Positions 46,152-53,208 of a stretch of DNA of 63,086 nt are shown piece after piece. The notes under the pieces were generated by a model. That model was not told the origin of the DNA, made no database searches, and saw nothing but the letters and a program-made list of their open reading frames with translations. A program made the position numbers and the translations under genes. This stretch comes from an uncultured Gammaproteobacteria bacterium (lineage in GTDB: Bacteria > Patescibacteriota > Patescibacteriia > CAZBFB01). The DNA is taken from the NCBI GenBank assembly GCA_964491085.1, contig CAZBFB010000046.1, positions 1 through 63,086 of the forward strand, read 5' to 3'. Every line of letters starts with the position of its first letter. Within the stretch, counting starts at the first letter, position 1.

Positions 46152-47549
46152 ATGAAAATCATGGCGCATCCTCAAGATAACAATGACACTAGTTTTTTCA
46201 TGCCGGAGCAGTTTGTGTTTAAGGCGAAAAAGGGCTTGACTGAAGACACGGTGCGGGAAATTTCCGCGCACAAGCACGAACCGGCCTGGATGTTGGAATT
46301 TCGTCTCCAGGCGTATCAAATATTTTTGCAAAAACCGCTGCCGCTGTGGGGTGGCGATTTGTCAAAAATTAATTTTGACGACATTTATTATTATCTCAAA
46401 CCAACCGATCAATCCGAAAAAAGTTGGGACGATGTGCCGCGAGATATCAAAACCACGTTTGATCGTTTGGGTATTCCCGAGGCGGAGAAAAAATTTCTCG
46501 CTGGTGTCGGCGCGCAATACGATTCGGGCACTATCTATCACAGCTTGCAGGAGCATTTGCAAAAACAGGGCGTGATTTTTTTAGACACGGACGCGGCTCT
46601 GCAACAATATCCGGAATTATTCAAGCAATATTTCGGCACCATCGTCCCCGCGGCGGACAATAAATTCGCCGCGCTCAATTCGGCGGTCTGGTCGGGCGGC
46701 AGTTTTTTGTATGTGCCCGCTGGTGTGCACATTGAGTTGCCGCTGCAAGCATACTTCCGTATCAACGCCGAAAAAATGGGGCAGTTCGAGCGCACGCTGA
46801 TCATCGCCGAAGAGGGTAGTTCGGTGCATTATTCCGAGGGATGCACGGCGCCGAAATATAGTGCCAGTTCACTGCACAGCGCGGTGGTTGAAATTATTGT
46901 CAAACGCGGCGCGCGGGTGCAGTACACTACCATTCAAAATTGGGCGAAGAATGTTTATAATTTAGTAACCAAACGAGCACGCGCGTATCAAGATGCCACT
47001 ATGCTTTGGCTGGACGGAAATTTAGGGAGTTGTGTGACGATGAAATACCCGAGCGTGTATTTAATGGAGCCGGGGGCGCGGGCGGAAATTTTGTCATTGG
47101 CGTTCGCGGGATCTGATCAACATCAAGATGCCGGTGGCAAAGTGATTCATGTGGCGCGCGACACCAGCTCGCGGATTATTTCCAAATCATTGAGCAAAGG
47201 CAACGGCCGCACGAGTTATCGCGGTTTGGTGCAGGTGCATCCGGGTGCGACGGGAGTGAAGTCGCATGTGGTTTGCGATGCTTTGTTGCTTGATGAAACA
47301 TCGCGTTCCGATACCTATCCCACCATGAAAATTTATGAACCGGACACCGCGATCGCACACGAAGCCAATGTGAGTAAGTTGAGCGCGGAGAAATTATTAT
47401 ATCTCAAGAGCCGCGGCTTGTCCGAGGCGGATGCGCGCGGATTACTCATCAATGGTTTTTTTGAACCGATCGTGAAAGAGTTACCCATGGAATACGCCGT
47501 CGAATTGAATCGCTTGATTGATATGGAAATGGAAGGAGCGGTGGGGTAA
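46152..47549 (+). CDS. sufB: Fe-S cluster assembly scaffold SufB
   Basis: [36 protein letters not shown] and the C-terminal EMEGAVG. Confidence 0.92.
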   Translation: MKIMAHPQDNNDTSFFMPEQFVFKAKKGLTEDTVREISAHKHEPAWMLEFRLQAYQIFLQKPLPLWGGDLSKINFDDIYYYLKPTDQSEKSWDDVPRDIKTTFDRLGIPEAEKKFLAGVGAQYDSGTIYHSLQEHLQKQGVIFLDTDAALQQYPELFKQYFGTIVPAADNKFAALNSAVWSGGSFLYVPAGVHIELPLQAYFRINAEKMGQFERTLIIAEEGSSVHYSEGCTAPKYSASSLHSAVVEIIVKRGARVQYTTIQNWAKNVYNLVTKRARAYQDATMLWLDGNLGSCVTMKYPSVYLMEPGARAEILSLAFAGSDQHQDAGGKVIHVARDTSSRIISKSLSKGNGRTSYRGLVQVHPGATGVKSHVVCDALLLDETSRSDTYPTMKIYEPDTAIAHEANVSKLSAEKLLYLKSRGLSEADARGLLINGFFEPIVKELPMEYAVELNRLIDMEMEGAVG

Positions 47550-47558
47550 GGTAATAAT

Positions 47559-48202
47559 ATGCTCATCTCGGCTCACGAACACAAAATAATTATCCAACCC
47601 CAAGCCCTTGATGGTGAAATTGTGCTTGAAGCGGAGGCGGATCTCATGTATCTTTTTTTATCGGTGAAAATACGCCGGCTGACGCTTCACTGATTTGTCG
47701 GTTGAACGGTCGGGGTGCGCGGGCAAATATTTTTGGATTTGATTTGCGTGCCCAGGGAAGCCATCGTTTGAGTCTGCGCTTAGAGTATGGTGCGGAACAA
47801 ACCTGGGGTCATGTATGGCTCACGTCAGTGTTGAGCGGTTCGGCAAAAAGCAAAGTTGATGCCATGCTTAAGATGGAGCAAACCGCCACCGGCGCGGATG
47901 GTTATTTTGCGCATCATACCTTATTGATTCCGACAAATGAACAAGCTAAACCATCGAGTCATACCCGTCCGGCGTTGGAAATTTTAGCGCACGACATTCG
48001 CGCCGGGCATGCCGCCACTACCAGCTCCCTTGATCCGGCTATGCTACTCTATCTGGGCACGCGCGGCATTGCTTCGGTCAGCGCGCGCCGGTTGTTGGTG
48101 GAAGGATTTGTGGCTCGTGCCATCACCCGTATTCCCGATCCGACCGCCCGCCAAGCGTGTGAAAAAATAGTCGGTGAGACATTAATGTCATTCTGGACTT
48201 GA
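47559..48202 (+). CDS. sufD: SufD-like protein, reading frame interrupted (apparent -1 shift at a T7 run, 47653-47659)
   Basis: The ATG 47559 frame stops at 47691-47693. The frame carrying the SufD C-terminal homology (ALEILAHDIRAGHAATTSSLDPAMLLYLGTRGI) is open from 47630. The two overlap around ttttttt. Confidence 0.65.
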
Positions 48203-48265
48203 TCCAGAATCCAGTAAGTACGTTTAATTTAAAAAATTGGATTCCAGCTTTCGCTGGAATGACAA
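48186..48265. repeat. Pair of inverted family-A hairpin repeats forming an 80-bp MITE-like unit
   Basis: tgtcattctggacttgatccagaatccag ... ttggattccagctttcgctggaatgacaa. The left copy contains the sufD stop codon. Confidence 0.85.
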
Positions 48266-48285
48266 TTAAGTGAGTCGTAGTTATT

Positions 48286-49488
48286 ATGTCTGATTTCAAA
48301 TCCCACTTCCCCATCTTCACGCATCACCCTGATCTCGTGTATCTCGACAGCGCCGCCACCACGCAAAAACCAGCGAGCGTGTTGGCCGCGATGCAGGATT
48401 TTTATGAGCACACGAATGCCAACATTTATCGTGGCCGGTATGATTTAAGTGAGATGGCCACAGCCCAGTATGAGGCCGGGCGCGATCAAGTTAAAAATTT
48501 TATCAACGCGCAGTGGCGTGAAGAAATTATTTTTACTCATGGTACGACCGAGGGGATTAATGCGGTGGCCTACACCTGGGGCGAACAGAATATAAAAACT
48601 GGCGATGAAATCGCGCTGACATACTTGGAGCACCATGCCAACATTGTGCCGTGGCTGGAGCTGGCCCGGCGGAAAGGCGCGGTGGTGAAAGCGATTGACA
48701 TTACGGATGATGGAAATATTGATCTGGTAAGTTTGACGCAGACAATCTCGGCCAAAACCAAACTGGTAGCCGTAACCCATGTGTCTAATGTGCTTGGAAC
48801 CATCGTGCCGTTGGAGCAAGTTATTGCCCAAGCCAAAGCGGTTGGGGCGCGCGTCTTGGTTGATGCGGCGCAGAGTATTGCTCACTTGCCGGTTGATGTG
48901 CAAAACATGGATTGTGACTGGTTGGTTTTTTCCGGACACAAAATGTATGGGCCCACCGGCGTGGGGGTGTTGTATGGTAAGCGTGAGGTGTTGGAGACGA
49001 TGTCGCCATTTTTGTTTGGCGGCGGTATGATTGATGAGGTTGATTTCCAGCGTGCGACCTGGGCGCCCATTCCGGAACGATTTGAGAGCGGCACGCCGCC
49101 GATTGCGGAAGTGATCGGTTTGAGTGCGGCGATTACCTGGCTGCAAACAATCGGCTGGCCGACGATTCAAGCGCATGAGCAAGTACTGTCAACCCGGGCG
49201 CGATCAGCGCTGCGCGCACTAGCGGGTGTAGAAATACAAGGCAACAATGATGCGAACGCCAGCGGAGTAATTTCGTTTATTATGCCGGGGATTCATCCGC
49301 ATGATATTGCCAGTATTGCCAACGAATTCGGGGTGGCCGTGCGGGCTGATCATCATTGTGCTCAACCATTATTGAAACGGCTTGGTGTCTCGGCCATCAC
49401 CCGCGCCAGTATTGGAATCTATAATGAGTCAAATGATATCGATCGGCTCATTGCGGCGCTGGCGCACGCGCGTAAAATTTTTCATTAA
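48286..49488 (+). CDS. sufS: Cysteine desulfurase SufS (class II aminotransferase V)
   Basis: YLDSAATTQKP, FSGHKMYGPTGVG (PLP Lys), RADHHCAQP (active-site Cys). Confidence 0.92.
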   Translation: MSDFKSHFPIFTHHPDLVYLDSAATTQKPASVLAAMQDFYEHTNANIYRGRYDLSEMATAQYEAGRDQVKNFINAQWREEIIFTHGTTEGINAVAYTWGEQNIKTGDEIALTYLEHHANIVPWLELARRKGAVVKAIDITDDGNIDLVSLTQTISAKTKLVAVTHVSNVLGTIVPLEQVIAQAKAVGARVLVDAAQSIAHLPVDVQNMDCDWLVFSGHKMYGPTGVGVLYGKREVLETMSPFLFGGGMIDEVDFQRATWAPIPERFESGTPPIAEVIGLSAAITWLQTIGWPTIQAHEQVLSTRARSALRALAGVEIQGNNDANASGVISFIMPGIHPHDIASIANEFGVAVRADHHCAQPLLKRLGVSAITRASIGIYNESNDIDRLIAALAHARKIFH

Positions 49489-49498
49489 AAACAATTTA

Positions 49499-49715
49499 TG
49501 TCATTCCGGACTCGATCCGGAATCCAGACCCCCCAGCTTAATAATTTCCACTACCCAATTTCCAACAAAATGTCCAATGCTTAATGCCAAATTTCATTTT
49601 GTAATTATCTGCCTGAGGCGGATCCGCCGCGGGCGGAGAAATTTCATTGGAAATTGGATATTGGAAATTAAACCCGTGGATTAATCTGGATCCCAAATCT
49701 AGTTTGGGATGACAA
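49499..49715. repeat. Nested composite: inverted family-A hairpins (49499-49527, 49686-49715) enclosing a family-C element (49543-49669)
   Basis: tgtcattccggactcgatccggaatccag ... [aatttcca...ccaatttcc... gcctgaggcggatccgccgcgggcggag ...ggaaattgg...ggaaatt] ... ctggatcccaaatctagtttgggatgacaa. Confidence 0.8.
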
Positions 49716-49723
49716 CACTATCT

Positions 49724-50080
49724 ATGGACCCCTATCGTGAATTGATTTTGGATCATTATAAGCACCCCCGTAATTTTGGTCGGTTGAAAAATCCGCAGTT
49801 GAGCGTGGATCATCGTAATTTTAGTTGTGGTGATGTTATTCATCTGGAACTAGTTTTGGACCATGATCAGCGGATTACCGCGGTGGCATTTTCCAGCGAT
49901 GGTTGCGCGCTTAGTCGGGCTGGCGCTTCGTTACTAACCGAGCACATTAAAGGTAAACCATTGGCTGAAGCGCAACAGCTTACTGTGCAAGATATTATGG
50001 ATTTTGGTGGCAGCACATTAAATCACAGTCGCTGGCGTTGCGCGGTGCTGGCTCTGGAAGCATTACAAAAAATTTATTAA
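49724..50080 (+). CDS. sufU: SufU/IscU-type Fe-S scaffold / sulfur acceptor
   Basis: ILDHYKHPRNFG, FSCGD, DGCALSRA and RWRCAVLA give three conserved Cys. The ATG at 49709 lies inside the repeat (gggATGACAa), so MDPYREL at 49724 is preferred. Confidence 0.85.
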   Translation: MDPYRELILDHYKHPRNFGRLKNPQLSVDHRNFSCGDVIHLELVLDHDQRITAVAFSSDGCALSRAGASLLTEHIKGKPLAEAQQLTVQDIMDFGGSTLNHSRWRCAVLALEALQKIY

Positions 50081-50084
50081 CAGC

Positions 50085-50387
50085 ATGCTTACGTTAGCGA
50101 GCATCATCAAGGCCTTGCGTCAGGTGTGTGATCCAGAATTGGGGATCAATATTATTGATTTAGGTTTAGTGTATGATGTGGTGATAACAGACAATGGATC
50201 AGTCACGATTCGATTGACGTTAACCAGTATCAACTGTCCACTGGGGTCGCAAATAATAACCGATATCAAGCAGGTGGTTGGCGTGTTACCGGATTCTCCG
50301 GAAATTATCTGCGCGTTGGTATGGGAGCCGGCCTGGAGCAAGTTGATGCTGAGTGAAGTAGCCAAAGCAGAGTTGGGTGTTTATTGA
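50085..50387 (+). CDS. DUF59 / SufT-like Fe-S assembly protein
   Basis: ALRQVCDPELGINIIDLGLVYDV and the LTSINCPLG motif. Confidence 0.85.
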   Translation: MLTLASIIKALRQVCDPELGINIIDLGLVYDVVITDNGSVTIRLTLTSINCPLGSQIITDIKQVVGVLPDSPEIICALVWEPAWSKLMLSEVAKAELGVY

Positions 50388-50389
50388 TA

Positions 50390-50407
50390 TGTGGACAATT
50401 ATCCACA
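50390..50407. promoter_or_regulatory. Two abutting, inverted DnaA-box-like 9-mers (TGTGGACAA | TTATCCACA)
   Basis: The second 9-mer equals the TTATCCACA consensus. The first is the reverse complement with one mismatch. The pair ends 7 nt before a -35 hexamer. Confidence 0.45.
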
Positions 50408-50414
50408 GGGGGCT

Positions 50415-50443
50415 TTGACCATGATTTAATAAATCGTTATAAT
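50415..50443 (+). promoter_or_regulatory. Putative promoter: TTGACC, 17-nt spacer, TATAAT
   Basis: Near-consensus hexamers with a 17-nt spacer, 60 nt upstream of the ATG at 50505. Confidence 0.6.
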
Positions 50444-50504
50444 GGATATATCAACTTGTGTATAAGTCAATTAGTAGAACTTTATTTATTTTAACGAGCC
50501 GTAT

Positions 50505-51608
50505 ATGAGTGAGAAAATAAAACAATATATAAATGGTCAGGTGGATAGTTTGATGGCGAGTGAAGCCAAGAAGCGTCGTTTTCAAGCCATGGTGGGTGTG
50601 GCAGTTATTGTTTTATTTATAGTTAGCTCAATTGTGGTTAACAATGGCGTGCAGGCCTTAAACCAAGCCAATGGTACTTATGGGTATTATGAGAATAACT
50701 TTGGTTATAAAGTTACTAGAACTTCTGATGCCTTGCCACGTGCGGTTACTAACTTTACTTGTACTGCTAATGCTAGCACCAGAGTGGTTTGTTCTTGGAC
50801 GCCACCCAGTCAAACTTTGCAAAGCACCAGTTTTGATAACTTTAGGAAGTATAATATTTACTATTCCACTTCAGACACTACTCCGGATAACGATGATACG
50901 CTTTGGACCTCGACAAATGATTCTACCTTGGCTACATTGGCCACCGGCACAACGAGCATTACCGGTTTGACCGCCAGCACCGCCTATTACTTCGCTTTGT
51001 ACTCAAATGATACTAACTTCAACGATTCAGCTACTTCCAACGTGCAAAGCGCCACCACCCAGGCGACCAGTACTAGCAGTGGTGTAGTTGGCGCTTCGCC
51101 TTCTTCTGGCAGTAGCGGTGGTAGTACTAGCACTCCGACGACTACAACCACAACTACTACTACAACGACCACGACTCCTTCTACCACAACCACAACCACG
51201 ACTCCTTCGAGCACCACCCCCGGCGCCAGTTTGGGAGTTACCACCCAAACTCCGTCCGCGACTGAAGCCCAAGGCGTAGTAGTGCCGACAGAAACATTGC
51301 GCGCCGGTAACTTCGCTTACAATGCCGCTCGGGTTGCCAACTTCCAAGTAGAAGCCAAGAGCGCAGTCGTAGTGAAGAATGGTATTGATACCGCGCTGGG
51401 TGCTAAAGTGTTCAATACCTTGTTCGTCAAGAATATTGCCAAGGGCAAGCAGTGGTGGGCAACCTATGTCAATGCTTATGTATATGGCGGGTATCCTATC
51501 AAAGCCATCAAGCAATCCATCAAGTTTGGCGGCAAGACTGTTCACCCCACACGACCGTGGACTGACTGGAAGAACTCGGCTGACTACAAGGCCTATATCA
51601 ACCGCTAA
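50505..51608 (+). CDS. Membrane-anchored/secreted surface protein with an Fn3-like domain, a Ser/Thr-rich linker and a C-terminal domain of unknown function
   Basis: N-terminal TM (AMVGVAVIVLFIVSSIVV). Fn3-like pattern (VTNFTC..VVCSWTPP..YNIYYS..TGLTASTAYYFALYS). The linker is STPTTTTTTTTTTTTTPSTTTTTTTPSSTTPG. Confidence 0.7.
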   Translation: MSEKIKQYINGQVDSLMASEAKKRRFQAMVGVAVIVLFIVSSIVVNNGVQALNQANGTYGYYENNFGYKVTRTSDALPRAVTNFTCTANASTRVVCSWTPPSQTLQSTSFDNFRKYNIYYSTSDTTPDNDDTLWTSTNDSTLATLATGTTSITGLTASTAYYFALYSNDTNFNDSATSNVQSATTQATSTSSGVVGASPSSGSSGGSTSTPTTTTTTTTTTTTTPSTTTTTTTPSSTTPGASLGVTTQTPSATEAQGVVVPTETLRAGNFAYNAARVANFQVEAKSAVVVKNGIDTALGAKVFNTLFVKNIAKGKQWWATYVNAYVYGGYPIKAIKQSIKFGGKTVHPTRPWTDWKNSADYKAYINR

Positions 51609-51627
51609 GCTCTCTCCTGAAGTAATT

Positions 51628-51658
51628 AAACCGCTCCGACTCACGTCGGAGCGGTTTT
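51628..51658 (+). terminator. Rho-independent terminator
   Basis: 13-bp stem aaaccgctccgac / gtcggagcggttt with loop tcac and a short T tail, 20 nt after the stop. Confidence 0.6.
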
Positions 51659-51673
51659 ACATTATGGTATTCT

Positions 51674-51711
51674 GTCTGCGATCGTCAGCGTCAAGTCCGC
51701 GTTAGTCCGCG
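51674..51711 (+). repeat. Family-E repeat (gtcagcg/gtccgcg units with roughly 11-nt periodicity)
   Basis: tctgcgatcgtcagcgtcaagtccgcgttagtccgcg, related to 53917-54000, 60601-60636 and 62699-62736. Confidence 0.65.
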
Positions 51712-51732
51712 GCGGCGTTCTCGCCGCACGTT

Positions 51733-51761
51733 TTGACCGGCTTCGTTAAACGCGATAGAAT
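51733..51761 (+). promoter_or_regulatory. Putative promoter: TTGACC, 17-nt spacer, TAGAAT, positioned for a leaderless transcript
   Basis: The -10 ends 6 nt before the ATG at 51768 and there is no SD. Confidence 0.5.
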
Positions 51762-51767
51762 GTAATT

Positions 51768-53141
51768 ATGCCGCGCTACCGCGACTGGCGACGGAATGAT
51801 AAAGACAGAACGAGCCGAAGTGAACAGATCGGTATTGCCGTTGCCACTAAACTTGTTCTGGGAATGTTTCAGGCATTGCGTTTTTTTAAGTGGTTCATCG
51901 CCGCTCTTTTTTTGTTGATGCTGTCACTGCTTAAATCGATTGCCCAGTGGACATTTAGTCACTTGTTGTTTCCGCTGTATCGTCAGGCGCGTGCCATGCA
52001 ACATTGGTTCACCAACCATATGGGCGGCCACCATCATTTGATTATTCGGTTGGTATCGCATCGTTGGTTTTTGCGTATCATGGCTGTTACGGCGGTGATT
52101 GCACTAGTAGGTTGGAATCAATTTGATCGCGCCATCCGCGCTGATGCGTATGGGGAGGATATGCCGGTAGATTTGTTGGTCCAAGCCGAGGAGGATGTCT
52201 TGATTGAAGAAATACAAACAGCCACCAGGACTACACTTACTACTGGCACCTTACTTGATGATTCATTGTCAGCCCAGTTCGGTGCGGAAGGGACAGATGA
52301 TTTAGCCCCAGAGCCGAGTACGGCTACCATTACCGCGGATTCAACCGCGCTTTTGAAACCAGAAGTGAGTAACCTGGGCGCACCCGCCACCCGCACCGAA
52401 CCAATTACCTACGTGATTGAAGCTGGTGACACGATCGGTTCCATTGCGGAGAAATATGGTATTTCCGTTAACACCATTATGTGGGCCAATAAGTTGACGG
52501 CACGCAATGTTCTACGGCCCGGCGCCTCACTAAAAATTTTGCCCACATCTGGCATCGGGCACAAAATTGTCCGCGGCGACACCCTGCAATCCGTGGCAAA
52601 AAAATATAATGTCGCCATCAATCAGATCCAAGAATTCAACGGTCTCGCGGCTGGCGCCAAACTCACTTTGGGACAAGAATTGGTTATACCGGGCGCTAGG
52701 CCGTTACCACCGCCGGCGCCGCCACGCCGTCCGATTGAGCCGGGTATTCTTGATCAAGTGATTATTCCTAGTGGCAAAGGCATGATGTGGCCTCTTGCTT
52801 CACGACGCGTAACGCAGTATTATAATTTTCGACATCATGCCATTGATATCGGCGCACCCACCGGCTCACCAGTTTACGCCGCTGATGATGGTATAGTAGA
52901 AATTGCTCGGCCTATCGGTTGGAATGGCGGCTACGGCAAAATGCTGGTCATTAATCATGGCGGCGGGTTGAGCACTCTGTACGCGCACAACTCACAATTA
53001 TTAGTTAAGCTGGGGGAGCGAGTGAGCAAAGGTCAGGCCTTGGCGTTTTCCGGTAATACTGGCCGTTCCACCGGACCGCATCTGCACTTTGAGGTTTGGA
53101 TTAATCGTATTCGTCAGAACCCCTTGTCGTATGTCCGTTAG
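51768..53141 (+). CDS. LysM-domain M23-family peptidoglycan endopeptidase
   Basis: Two LysM repeats (YVIEAGDTIGSIAEKYGISVNTIMWANKL; HKIVRGDTLQSVAKKYNV) and the M23 motifs HHAIDIG ... GNTGRSTGPHLHFEV. Confidence 0.9.
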   Translation: MPRYRDWRRNDKDRTSRSEQIGIAVATKLVLGMFQALRFFKWFIAALFLLMLSLLKSIAQWTFSHLLFPLYRQARAMQHWFTNHMGGHHHLIIRLVSHRWFLRIMAVTAVIALVGWNQFDRAIRADAYGEDMPVDLLVQAEEDVLIEEIQTATRTTLTTGTLLDDSLSAQFGAEGTDDLAPEPSTATITADSTALLKPEVSNLGAPATRTEPITYVIEAGDTIGSIAEKYGISVNTIMWANKLTARNVLRPGASLKILPTSGIGHKIVRGDTLQSVAKKYNVAINQIQEFNGLAAGAKLTLGQELVIPGARPLPPPAPPRRPIEPGILDQVIIPSGKGMMWPLASRRVTQYYNFRHHAIDIGAPTGSPVYAADDGIVEIARPIGWNGGYGKMLVINHGGGLSTLYAHNSQLLVKLGERVSKGQALAFSGNTGRSTGPHLHFEVWINRIRQNPLSYVR

Positions 53142-53151
53142 GTTTATTTAT

Positions 53152-53194
53152 TTTTTCTCCCTCTTGTAATCAAGGGCGAGGTGAGATGGGGGAT
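53152..53194 (+). repeat. Family-B palindromic repeat, short form
   Basis: tttttctccctcttgtaatcaagggcgaggtgagatgggggat, directly upstream of leuS. Confidence 0.8.
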
Positions 53195-53208
53195 AGTTAA
53201 AGTTGAGT

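Noticed and set aside
48445-49182. 245-aa ORF on the minus strand, antisense to sufS (also 48570..48836 and others)
   Set aside because: It lies entirely inside the well-supported sufS CDS. Its Arg/Pro/Gly-rich, low-complexity translation is typical of antisense frames in GC-richer genes, and no motifs were recognised.
45976-49715. Possibility that the recurring hairpin repeats form a CRISPR array
   Set aside because: The repeats belong to several different families, occur in both orientations, are nested in one another, and have no regular repeat-spacer periodicity. No cas genes are present.
50390-50407. Chromosomal replication origin at the DnaA-box pair
   Set aside because: There are only two boxes. 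No AT-rich unwinding element or box cluster is present, no dnaA/dnaN neighbourhood exists, and the site is a 117-bp intergenic promoter region.
51027-51644. 205-aa minus-strand ORF, plus 50987..51244, antisense to the surface-protein gene
   Set aside because: It is an antisense read-through of the Thr/Ser-rich coding repeat, giving runs of V/G/R. There is no start context and it sits inside a better-supported CDS.
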